A DNA stretch of 60,962 nt, the filler included, from Circinaria calcarea (taxonomy: Eukaryota), in assembly GCA_051942165.1 (NCBI GenBank). It is 15 parts of 15 records of this genome, joined end to end, with 100 filler letters (N's around TTAATTAATTAA, not from the genome) between each part and the next. Parts side by side here need not be neighbours in the genome. Positions count along the whole stretch, not along the records: positions 12,236 to 16,212 come from JAVECS010002523.1; positions 16,313 to 20,287 come from JAVECS010002524.1; positions 20,388 to 24,361 come from JAVECS010002525.1; positions 24,462 to 28,434 come from JAVECS010002526.1; 11 more parts are not named here. The stretch is one strand, 5' to 3'. Below, piece after piece: positions 12,780 to 25,271 of the stretch. The notes under the pieces were generated by a model that was not told where the DNA came from, made no database searches, and was given only the letters and a program-made list of their open reading frames with translations. The position numbers and the translations under genes are program-made. Numbering within the stretch: the stretch's first letter is position 1; each line of letters starts with the position of its first letter.

Positions 12780-13700
12780 GAAAACAAACGCTCTTTGGGT
12801 CGCTATTGCAGGACAAACCAAATAAAAAGTCATTCGGAATCCGTTTGCTAGCCCCAAAAACGGGGAGAGTTGCGTTTTGTCTATATTCCTATGAGTATAT
12901 TGTAAGGAGAGTTTATTCGAAATGGTCCTTTCTTACCGTCGTTTCTGCGTGCATCTTGGACGTCCAGTCAGGTATGCAAAAAAAGCTGGGGCAGCGTAGA
13001 ACTTGGGCAATCCTTTCCATCCTCGTTTTCTATTATCAAAGAAATATGTTGAAGGTCAGTTTTATCCTCCCCACCCCCAATACCTAGTTAGCCCCGTCCA
13101 GCGATGTATTAGCCCGCAGCCGGGTTCTTGACCTTTGGTGCTAAATGGCAATTTCGGAATAGTACTCGTAGCTGATGGTTGGCATCTTTGTCCTGCAGGG
13201 CTTCTAGGCGATTATATAATAGAATATCGATGATAAGTCATTGTTAAGGATTCAGGCTTCAGCTTTTAGAAAATATAAACGAGTTCCGGGTTATCTTAAC
13301 TATATTCACTGACCATCAATAATATTAGTGTTATAGAATGATAGTGATTAGGTAGCAGTCAACATACGGCATAAAGATGAAAAATCGGATTGCTTCGATT
13401 TTTAGGCAAACTTCAAATATAGTCGAACATATCATATATAATCAACATTAGTCAACATTAAGCTTTTCTGATACCTCATTGAGCGACAAGGTCCTGGCTT
13501 GTTGAGAGGGAGCCATAAGCACTTTTGATTCCGCAAGGCCCTTGAGAATCTCTAGGATGATAGGTTTGAAGTCTTTGAGGTCCCGGGGGTAATGAGTCCA
13601 GGTCGTCGGGGTAATGAGCTCGCCGTATTCCTTATAGACTTTGTACTCAAGTCGAGTAACAGTTCGCGCTCCTGACGTTTAATACTCATAGCGGCTCATA
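12780..13700 (-). pseudogene. Degraded member of the PD-(D/E)xK nuclease-like family seen at 31735-32506
   Basis: Allowing single-base indels, the minus strand reads IIDILLYNRLEALQDKDANHQLRV...YIAGRAN*VLG...EDKTDLQHI..LIIE...STLPQLFAYLT.VQDARRNDGK...NSPVFGLATDS. This is collinear with LILVDRLRNL...RGRADWAIG...AQLMVCM...VFGMVADS in contig 8. Confidence 0.55.
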
Positions 13701-15761
13701 AGAGGTGATAACAATTCTAATTTTAAATTCCACCACTAAATAGTTGGGCGACCTTCTGCTTGGACTGGTTAACTAATATGAAAAGGACGGACATTCAGCG
13801 CTGTAAGGACTTGGTAGTATTCTGTACTCGGTATAGGTACGAATGGCGTGCCCCCCCGCCGAGCTTTTATAACTGTTCTGCTTTTTGCGTCTGTTTCTAC
13901 TTGTTTGAAGTTTTCGGAAAGAGTCTCATTGAGGGTTTACGAAGAGATATCTTCGTTTCTGGTTCCTCTAGTTTCCACGACGTAAAGTCAGCATGAACTA
14001 CTCCGTAACAGGGCTAGGCACGCTAAAATCAGTGGGGCACTCACTATGTTGGAGGGAAGATCCGGAGAAAAGAGGAAGCTCGAACCTATTACATAGAAAA
14101 GGAACGTACTATAACGAAGCATGTAGCATCACATGAGATCTTACCGCCTAGGGCCTGATTGGTCATTCATCCAATGTGAATCGTACCTGCTCCTTCAAAC
14201 CCCGATACCTTCATACACTCCCATTTCTCCACTCTCTCGAGTCTCTCCCTTTCAAACGACAACCCAATTCCCATTTCCTTTCCGTCCAAACCCAAAACTC
14301 GCACGCCCCAGCCCCCTTTAAACTTCGACACTAAACCCAACCGGGCAATCGCCGCCAATTCGGAGGCCTGCCACCAGAGTTGGTCTTGCAAATTATGAAG
14401 CAAGCATCCAAGAGTCCTGGACTGCGGGATATGAAGGCTTTGGCGTTGAGCAGCAAGATAAACCACGGCTTGTGAAAGAATTGCAAGAAGGGAATGTTCA
14501 GATACGCATTACGGAAGTACGCGGAGTTCGAGGGGCACTTTGGGGAGATGGAGGGATTCTTGGAACTAAGGAGTAAAAGCGAGGTGGGTCTAATGACAGA
14601 TATGGGATCACATTGGGTGAAAATGGAGGCGAAACAGACAGAAAAGCAAACGAGTTGGATATGGAATGCCGTCCTGAAGGAGCGTAACTTGAGGACTGGG
14701 TTGGAGGGGCCTAGCTTGAAGCATTCTTTCAAGAAGAGGGTTGAACTGATCTCTAAGGGTGGTACTGCTTTTCTGGATATGCTGGAGCGACTTTCAAAAG
14801 TAATGGATGCCGATTTTCGGCATTCCAGACCATACCTAGCAGCGACAAGGTTGAAGAGCGATTGGCTCGGAAAGCGCTGCTGCTTTTGTGGGCGAAACAA
14901 TGGCGCCAGCTGGTCAGCGTCAGCAAAGAAGATACAACATGGCAAGATCCTTGTTGGGAGACCATGACCCAAGAGAACTTAGTCCGGGATCAGCCAACAG
15001 AAGTTCGATTGACATTTGGTCAAATCCTGCAGACTGTGCTCGAGCGTACGGTAAATAAGCTCTGCATGGTTGAAAAGGGCTTTGATGCGGTTAAGGAACA
15101 CAGGAAGAGGGTCACGAGTGACGGCTCAATACTACCGAGGCCCATCATCCTATGAGCGCTACCGAGATGGAAAGATAGGTTGGGCGGCAGGCTTTTGCAA
15201 TGCTCCTGCATTTCACTGGTGAAAGAGGTATATAGGATATGGTCCGTATTACCACCTCCGATGCCGAATCAAGAGGGCAGGAATGGGTGCAAAGGATGAT
15301 TTGTATATATATTGAAGTGGTGTGGAGTCGGATTGCGGCTCTGGAGAGTGATGGGGTGGAACTGATCGAGTCCACGGACGAGTAGAACTTCTGGATAGCT
15401 TTGCAAAAGGATGATGGCGAAAATGTGTGGTCCTCAGTGGGCCCCCAATTCAGATGTACAAGAAAGGCGTAGATGAGATGTAATGAAAAAAGGATAGAAG
15501 CCTATGGTTTTTATATAGCTGTTAACTGAAATGCTATATACAAAAGAGACATCGGTGAAAAGCAATTTTCGTGCACTGCAAATGCAATGAAATCTGGCAA
15601 AGTAATTGTGAGAAGCCATTGGAACAAGCAAGGAAGTAATGATACGTGCGATACATCACCGGTTTGGAGACTTCAGGAACTAAGAAATGTATTGTCCGTC
15701 TGAAGTCCCATGGGACGTCCAGAAGAAGTAATCATAAGGAAGTCATTCTGGGTAAACTGCC

Positions 15762-16159
15762 TTATCTTTTCACTGGCCCAGGAGTCCAAGCTTCCGGCTG
15801 CCAGCTCTCTCCAGGATTACCTCGCTGTTGCTTCCATGGATTAATCTTTTCACGCTTCTTCTCTGGTCTTGTAGCTTCTATGTCTCCGACCTCACCTAAT
15901 CCACCCACAGCATTTCTGACACCCTCCTTCTCATCAGATTCAGTCTGCCCAACGTAGCCGGCTTTATCTCTTGGTATTGTTGCTGGTCCTGGTTGTGATG
16001 TCTGACTTGGTGCGTCGAGGAAAGACGGCTTCGAAGCCCAACGTTCATCCGCCAACCGTGCTAATTGTTTGAGTTGCGCTTGCCTTTGAAGATCGGACTG
16101 TTGTTCATGAATGCTAGGGGCATCCGCTCGTAGATGGCGAAGCCAGGAATGCCACTGGG
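15762..16159 (-). CDS. NDUFA12-family / NDUFAF2-like complex I assembly protein, last exon
   Basis: QWHSWLRHLRADAPSIHEQQSDLQRQAQLKQLARLADERWASKPS...NPW...WQPEAWTP; acceptor TAG at ~16160. Confidence 0.8.
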
Positions 16160-16312
16160 CTATTGGCGGCTGCATCAGTAATGAAGCATACCACAAAGCT
16201 ATCTTGACAATGNNNNNNNNNNNNNNNNNNNNNNNNNNNNNNNNNNNNNNNNNNNNTTAATTAATTAANNNNNNNNNNNNNNNNNNNNNNNNNNNNNNNN
16301 NNNNNNNNNNNN

Positions 16313-17484
16313 AGATAGTCGAATCCGCGGCCAAACATCTTAGTGAGAATGGGTTCATTAACTACTACGGCCTCCAGAGGTTTGGTACTTTTTCAACACG
16401 AACTGATACTGTTGGTGTCAGTATGCTCCAGGGTGACTTCAAAGGAGCCGTCGAAGCCATACTGGAGTACAGTGAGGCTAGCCTTGCAGCAGCCCAAGAC
16501 CCGGACGCCGGGAAAGATAGAATCTCTTCAGATGACAGATTTCGTGCTCAAGCGTTACACGCATTTCGAACCTCCGGTAGAAGCTATCCAGCACTTGACG
16601 ACCTACCCAGGAAATTCTCCGCGGAAGGAAGTCTCATTCGCCATCTCGGCGGCCAAGGCCGTGGCAATGATTATCTGGGTGCCTTGCAAGCAATTCCCAG
16701 GAACCTAAGATTGATGTACGTTCATGCATACCAGTCATTAGTATGGAATGTAGCAGCAAGCGAACGCTGGAGACGCCACGGTAATCATGTACTTGCTGGC
16801 GATCTGGTCCTGGTTGACGAGCACAAGGAGAAAGTAGAAGAAAGGCGGGGAACCGAAGATATCGACGCAGACGGGGAAGTTATCGTACAACCGGCATCTG
16901 ATGACAGTGCTATCAATCTAGAAGATCGATTCACGCGAGCACGTGCACTGAGTCAGGAAGAAGCACAGAGTGGACAGTACACTATTTTCGACATTGTTCT
17001 GCCAACCCCAGGTTACGACGTTTTATATCCTGGCAATGTACTAGCGGACTTCTACAAAACATGCATGGCCAGTGAGCGCGGAGGTGGACTTGATCCACAT
17101 AATATGAGGCGGCAGTGGAAAGACGTCAGTCTCAGTGGAAGTTATAGAAAGCTCATCGTCAAGCCATACCAAGATATTACTTTCGAGGTTCGATCCTATA
17201 CTCACGATGATGAGCAATTTGTACAGACGGACGTTGACAGGATTGAGAAGCAGAGCAGACAGACGATTGGACATGCCAATGAACCCAACGTAGTCGAGAA
17301 GGATCAGAAGGAAGACGATGCAGTGGCACGGCAAGAAAAGGATGAAACGGGCGAGGTGAAGAAATTAGCGTTAATCCTCAGGCTTCAGCTTGAATCTAGC
17401 CAGTACGCCACAATGGCTTTGAGAGAGCTCATGAAACTGGGAGGCGTCAAGACTTATAAGCCCGACTTCGGCGGGGGAAGGTGA
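16313..17484 (+). CDS. PUS7: Pseudouridine synthase Pus7 (TruD family), C-terminal part
   Basis: GFINYYGLQRFG, IPRNLRLMYVHAYQSLVWN, DIVLPTPG, LSGSYRK and SSQYATMALRELMK. Confidence 0.93.
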
Positions 17485-18052
17485 TGAGGTCTATGCAGCA
17501 TGGTGAGAACATCGAAGGCCCATATTTGGGATATGGGTTGGCTACCACCTTAGTATTCGGCACTGTTCTACTGGCTTGCAAGATCTAAGACCTGCCGATG
17601 AAACAGTCTAGTTGAGATGAAAGCCAGCTATAGGCACTCGGCTTGAGCCCTGAGGGAATCCATTGGCTCCCACCATCTGACAGTGAAGACGGAGAAAGAT
17701 CTCTTCCTGTGCCTTTGTGTGTCTGCTTGTTCACATCACCTCTCCCGCCCTATTGCTTCCGTTCTCGATTGCCCCGCCTGGAGACCGTTGACACGTCTTA
17801 TGAGGAAACATACGTTTAGCGACTTTGGTTGAGGATAAGTCGCATCGGGCGGTGTCACCTAAGTGTTTCGCATTATATCACCTATCAAGCGCGGAACCTT
17901 GATGACTAGGTATGAAGGCAATGCATCTCCACTTTATTGGTGCAGGACGCTGCCTACCTATCTGTGATGCCCCCATATTCCTCCACCCCTAGTCGTGCTC
18001 CTTCCCTCTTACCCCAGATTCGCTTATGATAAGCGACAATTCGGCATCAGCC

Positions 18053-18551
18053 ATGCGAAACGTCTATCTACTGGTCATCGTAGCCACCACGATTCTCACC
18101 ACTCCCCTTTGCCTCCACGGTTTCCCTGACCACACCATCCCAGTCCAGCACCCTCCCCAGCACCCTGGACACTCTCTTCCCTCGCGTCCACTCCAGCCCC
18201 GATCCGTGTGAACGTTAACATGCGCGAGAAGATGACCGGCACAGCCGTCGCCATGCTTCTCACCGAAGTCTCGGGCGTCACCGAGGACACCGTCCATCAA
18301 CTCTCGGACGGATTCATGCGCCCGCCCAGTTCCACGTGGCACGGCCAAAACGGGCTCAGCCTCAAAATCTGGAGTAAAATACCGCGGAGCTGAGGTGGGG
18401 TATAATGGGGCAAACGATCAAGGACGTGGCCGGGTGGATGGAGGTGAATGGGTGGGGTTTGGCGAGCTTTGCCATCCATCAGAACGGGGTAAGGATGGGC
18501 ACCGGAGTGATCTATAAGGCACGGAAAGTTGGAAGGAGCCTCCGGTTGTGA
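18053..18551 (+). CDS. Small putative secreted protein, frameshifted (sequencing error or pseudogene)
   Basis: Signal-peptide-like MRNVYLLVIVATTILT; joined frames give ...WHGQNGLSLKIWS...ELRWGIMGQTIKDVAGWMEVNGWGLASFAIHQNGVRMGTGVI. Breaks at or near homopolymers. Confidence 0.5.
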
Positions 18552-19441
18552 TTTAGGGGAGAACAGCCTTCAAGCCAACCTATAAAGTAAGCTGTTACCT
18601 TTCTAATCATTCATTCCAAAGGGCAAGAAAGCGTGCCCGGCCAGTTTCCCCCCCATTGTGCGCGATAAGGCGTTCTTGTTCCATGCTCGACAATGATGGA
18701 TCGGTGAGAGGATTTTCTAAACTCAGGAGCGGAGAGTGTCTCTCTAGAGTAAGTGTCTACCGTGGAGTCCAATACAACAGATTGGCAGTGAATTGGGGAG
18801 TGGGCTGGGCTACACAAGTACTAGTGTAGGATGGTTTCTTGGCGCATCACGAACGTGAGAGCCTACCAGTACTGTACTGGTACAGCTGGTCTTGAAATAG
18901 TAGGCGCTTTTTTAGGTTCCTCTTTGCTTTTTTTTTTTTGATAGTGTTTACTAGCAAATTATTAATGGTACAAGGTACAGACAGCTCGTGTATTCTAGCC
19001 CGAGCTGTCTGTATTCTGTATAACTATCCTAGCTAGCGCCTTCGCCTAATCCTTGCAAAGATCGGCAAAAATAAGGAACCTCAAAAGCGCCTACCATTTC
19101 AAGATCAGCCGTGACTTAAGGTTGTCTGCCTTGATGGCAGCCTCAACGAGGCTGAGCGAACTTCGAATGGATGGGATTATTACATTAGTAGTAGAACTCC
19201 GGGCGATACTTCAGCTGGATACTCCACATATGGTTTCAGTTGCCACTTTATATGACCGACCGTGCATTGCTCATTATGGCTTCTTTTTCTGCCCCTGTAT
19301 ACGCGACCACATGGCAAGATCTCGCGCTGTCCATTGCATGAACATTTTGTTATCCATGGTCCATAGGTTGTCTCTTTAAGCTACTCTACGAGACGGATAT
19401 CTATCGCTCCTTAAGAACCTCTAATCAATCTAATCTCCAAA

Positions 19442-20287
19442 ATGGCCGCTGTCGAGTTACAGCGGATGATCACTGCTGCAGGTGGACCAGTTGCAGATGA
19501 TCCAGCGCAACAGCAAGAACGTTACTTTATTAGAGAATATGGTCTTACCGATGATGTGTTGTCTATGGTATACGGAGCCGATGACCACCAGAGGCGGCTT
19601 CTTGGTCAACAGACTCAATTCGAGATTCTGAAGGAAGAGAGTATGGCTTTCTTAGTTGTCTGGTTTCTAATCTCTTCCACGTTGTTTTGACAGTGGGACT
19701 TCGCATTGATGACTGTCTAGGTTATGGCACTTCACAAGTAGAGTCTAGGATCAAATTCTACCTCCAACATGGTGAAGAGGACCATAGACCGCATATGCTC
19801 ATCTGGTTTGCCCCCGTCCACTCTTGGTTTTTCCTTCATGTACCTGACCAAGGCTGTCCTAGTCAAATTGATCCTGGATCTCCACTTGCCAAAACAAGAG
19901 GTTTACGCTATGTAAGTGACCTCTTGTCTCTGGGTGGGCACACGTTGAAACCCTTCCAGGTCAGTAGCAGGTTGCCGTCATGCTACTATAGCAGTATGGG
20001 AATGGGTATCAACAAGGACTTACTAGGTGAGGTTGGCTGTTAGACCATCAGGGAATTGTGATGCTAATGAACCTATCAAAGAGATATCCCTTAGCCTTTC
20101 AGAATTTCAATGGCTGGAGCTACAAGTCCTGAACGTTGATTTTAATACCGACCTGCAGCCTTTTCACCAGCCAATCCACTTTGTCTATAACCTTCGAACT
20201 GGGCGTTCAGTCTATCTTTTATGCGATGTGAAAGTACCGGATCTAACGGCCGTGACATATGCCGGTCAGCCGCGGCTACACCCATTC
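19442..20287 (+). CDS. Hypothetical spliced protein, 3' truncated
   Basis: ATG at 19442, successive ORFs 19442/19687/20027 linked by plausible GT-AG introns; no recognised domain. Confidence 0.45.
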
Positions 20288-20387
20288 NNNNNNNNNNNNN
20301 NNNNNNNNNNNNNNNNNNNNNNNNNNNNNNNTTAATTAATTAANNNNNNNNNNNNNNNNNNNNNNNNNNNNNNNNNNNNNNNNNNNN

Positions 20388-21159
20388 CTGGGATAGTCTG
20401 TACTTGGAAAACCACGACCAGCCGAGAATCTTAGGCCGCTGGGCAGATGATAGAACTTATAGGAGTGAAAGTGCCAAGATGCTGGCCATCTTCCATGCCA
20501 CTGGAAGAGGCACATTGTACCTGTATCAAGGTGTGCCTAATCGAAAGTTCGGCGTGAAGGATTAAGAAGCTAACATCAGAAACACAGGACAAGAAATCGG
20601 GATGACCAACACAACCTGGACGTATGAAGAACTGCGAGATATCGATGAGATCAACTTTTACAACTTCGAGAAGGCAAAGCGTGGAGAAGGGGCAGACATG
20701 AGCGATGTACTGAAGCAGATACAAGTGATTGGTAGAGACAATGCGAGAACGCCTATGCAGTGGAATGATTGTGACAGTGCTGGCTTTACGACCGGACGGC
20801 CATGGATCAAAGTCAACGAAGACTACAAGGAATGGAACGTTCAGAAGCAGCAGGATAACCCTACGAGTGTTTTGTCGTTCTGGAAGACGTTACTGAAGAT
20901 ACGGAAACAACACACAGGTCTGGTGTATGGAATCTTTAAGATGCTCGACAGGACGAACGAGGAGGTATACGCGTATACCCGGACTGACGAGACAAATCAT
21001 TATTTGGTGATATGCTCTTTCAGCAAGAAGGAGGTTACATGGGAATACCCAGTCGAGAGAGGAAACTTGTTGATATCGAATTATTCGGTTCAAGAAGTCG
21101 GTGAACAAAAGGTAAAGCTGAGACCCTACGAAGCGAGAGTGTATCGCCATAAGCCCTGA
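20388..21159 (+). CDS. GH13 alpha-glucosidase / oligo-1,6-glucosidase (maltase), C-terminal part
   Basis: YLENHDQPR, GTLYLYQG-intron-QEIGMTN, GRDNARTPMQW, AGFTTGRPWIKVN and LRPYEARVY. Confidence 0.93.
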
Positions 21160-21396
21160 AGAGGCTCTCTGGCCGTAGAGTAAGAATTTGGTCCGCGTAT
21201 GGTCCCTCAAATCCATTGATAGCATGACTTTACGGAAAATTGCAAATTTAATCCCTCAAAGTACGGAATTTGCAATCTTCTCCCCCGAGTTGCAATTCTG
21301 ACCCCACCCCCAATTCCTTTTGTGATTGATCTTCTGTTAGTGGAAGGTGATTATCATTGTCACAGCGGAAGGTCACTATCACTACCGCAAAGACCC

Positions 21397-21456
21397 ACTA
21401 TCGCAGAGGTCACTATCGCAGAGGCCATTGTCGCAGAGGTTATTATCGCAGAGGTC
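21397..21456. repeat. 15-bp tandem repeat x4 (ACTATCGCAGAGGTC consensus)
   Basis: Four adjacent units differing by transitions. Confidence 0.85.
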
Positions 21457-22048
21457 ACAGCCGCGACACAGCGACATAATACGACAGCGAGACGATGTGA
21501 CAGCGACAGCGACCCACTGAAAACCGCAACAGTGAGCTTAGCTTATTAACCTCAGGCCGGTTTTTAGGCTACCACCCTCCTGACAGTAGTGTATTTTTCG
21601 GGGTACTCCCTGAAATTGGGCGAGGGGTTTGCAAACGAATGGCAACATCTCGCCACAATCACAGTGTCACAGGATGATTCGTTAAGCTTCGATCTATTAA
21701 ACACTGTACGTTGGAGGGGTATTATATGCCACGCTATTGTACAGGTGTATGTCATGTCATTCCTAGCCACACTAGAGCACTACCAATGGAAACACCTTAC
21801 AACGTTCTCGCTCCCATCATCTTACCTTCCGATTCTCATCAAGGAATTTGCCAACAAGAATCGAACTTTGATAGATCACACATCCAAGATACTTGCTTCT
21901 ACTTGATACTTCTGCGTCTTGCCTTGGCTCAACTCCTGTGCAACTGCCCCATCAACCACACGAGATCCTCCAATTTATCACGAGAATTCAATCCCTAGCT
22001 ACAGATATATGCCCATTGCCATCCACAGATATATGCCCACTACCATCC

Positions 22049-23509
22049 ATGACTTATGCCCAGATTCCCGAGCTGGTGGCTATCACTATGGGGTTTCTAC
22101 GAGAAGATGGCTACAACTTAGTGAACTGCACAACGGTGAACAGGATGTGGGCAGAGGAGGCTACTAACGTTATATGGGAGTGGCTACACATGCGGAAAAA
22201 AGCAGGGACAGGTTTAAGCGTTTCAGGCGACAGAGTGTCCCTTGATTTTTGCCCTATACTATTAGATATGCCTAGGGAGCGACTTGAATGGTATGCTAAG
22301 AAGGTCAGAAAAGTAACATACGTCTGTGGAGAGGAGCCATCCCAGCGTAAACTTGACCTGGACAGCGGAACAACGATGCACCAGCAGCTATCTGGTGTGG
22401 CCTTTCCGCGGCTGAAATCACTTCATATACAATCGGTGGACCTTGCCCACTCTCTTATAGTGCCTTACCTCCAGGAAAACTTACAAGACCTTAGCTTATT
22501 CGATAGGCCATGTTCGGACTTTGTCCTTGAACAATTAGCGGTATGTCCTTAGGAAAATCACACTACGATATACTAATCCCAACAGGAAAACTGTCCCATA
22601 CTGGAAGAGTTGCTGCTTGGCGATCCGCAAAGCCTTACAGGAGGAGCACTGTTAAAGTTCCTACAGAAATGTACCTCGCTTACACGTCTCCGAGTTCGCT
22701 CCTACATGCGAGATGTCTACACCAGCGCCGTGTTCTACCACCTAGCTAACCGATCTACTCTCACATGTCTCGAATTCGCCTCACGCATAACCGAGTCGAT
22801 GACATTGGCCGTTATCTCGGCCTCTACAAATTCGTTCTCTAGCCTACGGGTGTTGCATTGCAACATAGATGCGAGTGCTATGGAAAACCTCTTCTCACAA
22901 TTGCCAAATCTTGTCGACGTCTTTCTCGATGTGAAGGGACACGGACGTCATCTTCTTAGGCATATAGCGCAGTCTACCAAGCTTCAGTCTATATCGATCT
23001 TTTTTGAGTTCGATACATTTCTTGATCAGCAGGACATCATAAAACTGGCGAATAACTGTCAGGCTGTGCAATCATTGTATCTTCTATCCGAGAATAAACA
23101 TCCATCGTTCACTCCAACCGCCGAAACTTTCCAAAAGAGCATTGAAGAGGTCACCAGGAGACTCACCAGCCTTGCTCATTTAGAACTTAGACTTTCTTCA
23201 CCTATGCCGGTCAATTTGCTTAGGGCCATAGATACACCATGCTCCTGCCTAGCTAGCCTCGGATTAAACGCCCTGCTGAGTCTGTCGGACCTTCACTTGA
23301 CGACAGCTTGTACATTCCCGAATCTCCGGATTTTAGACTTACGCGGCCTGGACAATAGTCAAGAGCTGCCGCCTTCAACAGTGAGCGAAATTATCCGGCA
23401 TCACGCACCATTGCTGGAAGATCTAGACCTCCGTGATGAAAGCGCCTTCAACTCCGCAGTCACAGACATATTGGGGATAAGCCCTGTGAAGTCCAAGCTG
23501 AGTAGGTAG
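22049..23509 (+). CDS. F-box-like / leucine-rich-repeat (RNI-like) protein; intron 22541-22585
   Basis: N-terminal IPELVAITMGFL...LVNCTTVNRMWAEEATNVIW, then repeated FPxLxxLxL-type units (FPRLKSLHI, CPILEELLL, FSSLRVLHC, FPNLRILDL). Confidence 0.72.
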
Positions 23510-23708
23510 GAACCTAATGGACATGAAAATTGGGGGGTTTGAATCTGGAAACTACGGTACAAACTGGACGGGTGGTATGCGGTCGCAGTGGCGGTCCGAT
23601 GATCAAGATGACAGATCTGACAAGGGTACACGAACACGATATAACAGACAGGAATACTCAGACAGGAGTAATGAGCCAGAGGCTGTGTGACAGGATAAGG
23701 CAGGTACA

Positions 23709-23760
23709 AACAACTAGACACGAACAACTAGACACGAACAATTAGACACGAACAACTAGA
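23709..23760. repeat. 14-bp tandem repeat, ~3.7 copies (AACAACTAGACACG)
   Basis: Directly visible. Confidence 0.85.
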
Positions 23761-24251
23761 TAGCAGCAATCAATCAAGCAGGAGCAAATAGACAAAATTA
23801 TCACACCAAAGTACCTATAACCACACCCTTGTAATTCAATTGGATCACCAGCCAGCCAAGTAACTCCCTACCGCACACCCTACGTAAAATCTAAACTCAG
23901 CCCCCTCCAGGCCTATCTACCCCCACGCATCCCCTTTCCCCCTCTCAAAACCCCCAAGGCTTCCTTCCTGTACAAAGTTATCATAAACGAGAGGAAGCTG
24001 AGGTTTAGAAAGATCATGCCCGTGTAGGAGAGATGGTAACGAGAAAAAGTAGGAGGGATAGCTTTACTTTCTACCTGGGGGGAAAAAGGAGAGTACGCAC
24101 GGGAGAGGGGGGATAAGGTTGATTGATGCAGCTTATACAAGCAAAGGACAAATGTAACCCTGAACGCCATACGGGATCTCCATTAAAAAAAAAACACGCA
24201 ACGGGGCGCCGCTTTTGGGAATGGAAACGTCCCTTAGTTTATCATTCTTTC

Positions 24252-24293
24252 CCAAATCCAAATCCAAATCCTAATCCTAATCCTAATCCTAAT
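24252..24293. repeat. Hexamer microsatellite (CCAAAT)3(CCTAAT)4
   Basis: Directly visible. Confidence 0.9.
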
Positions 24294-24798
24294 CTTCTAC
24301 AAATAGCCCTCCCCCTTTCCCCCCAAACCTCCAATCTCACCCTCAGAACAACCAAAACCCCNNNNNNNNNNNNNNNNNNNNNNNNNNNNNNNNNNNNNNN
24401 NNNNNTTAATTAATTAANNNNNNNNNNNNNNNNNNNNNNNNNNNNNNNNNNNNNNNNNNNNTTGTATACTATCAACGGTGTCATCAGCTCGGTCATCAAG
24501 GGCTAGATTGATTGGGGGGCTAAAGAATCCAAAGTATCGTCTTCATTAGTAAAACGTACTTCTCCATGTCATTCTGCTTCTCGTCCGGCTCAAGGGTATA
24601 AACCATAGTGGAAGTTGATTAAGCCCCTTAGGCCCATGTACTACAGCTCTTGCAATGTGCAGGAAATTTGAGCCGCCAACGAAAGCTGACCCAGCCAGTT
24701 CAGTTTCAAGAGTTTCTTAACCCGATGCTCATATTCCCGAATAGCTCACCAAATTGTGGCTGTGATCACGACGAGGGCGGTGCTATTCAAAGCAACTA

Positions 24799-25011
24799 CT
24801 GTGGTCGCAGGCATAATAGGTGTTAGCGCGGGTTTCGACCAACTCCGGTACACTCAGCAAAGGCTGTATGAATTCTTAGAAAATGGAGGTGTGATGTGAA
24901 GGAGATCCTCCGGTGTATATTCCAGCTTTTTGTATGAAATCAACTGCCGATTGGCCTTCTATGATTATTGCAAGACAACCACGCTAACATCTATTATACC
25001 TGCGACCACAG
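24799..25011. mobile_element. MITE (Tc1/mariner type), 213 bp, ~30-35-bp TIRs, TA target-site duplication
   Basis: TA|CTGTGGTCGCAGGCATAATAGGTGTTAGCG ... CGCTAACATCTATTATACCTGCGACCACAG|TA; the two mismatches in the outer 30 bp are transitions. Confidence 0.82.
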
Positions 25012-25271
25012 TACGCCCGATGGTTGCATCCAGCACTAATCTTGTCGCTTATAAGTTATAAAACATGGACTGCAGGCGTCGGAGTGTCATTGGTCCTGCT
25101 TATATTCATGTCTATCAAAGTCTGGTCGACTGTGGCAGAGCAAATACATGACATAGCAGAGGACCGGAAGTGCTGAGGCTCATTCCGGGAAAAAGGTCAA
25201 TATATTTCTTTATATTCTCCTCTAAGGGATGTTAGGAAGAGTACACCTAGATACTATATGTTTACACAATC

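Noticed and set aside
14331..15380. Overlapping ORFs 14331-14972, 14494-14967 and 14862-15155
   Set aside because: Possibly a decayed gene, but no recognisable motif and no way to choose a frame.
18863..18881. Near-perfect palindrome TACCAGTAC-T-GTACTGGTA
   Set aside because: Isolated 9-bp arms with no supporting context.
21358..21501. TGTCACA...TGTGACA bounded segment as a solo LTR
   Set aside because: Short, no TSD and no second copy in the window.
24252..24293. (CCTAAT)n as a telomere
   Set aside because: Not the TTAGGG/CCCTAA repeat, only a few mixed units, and not terminal.
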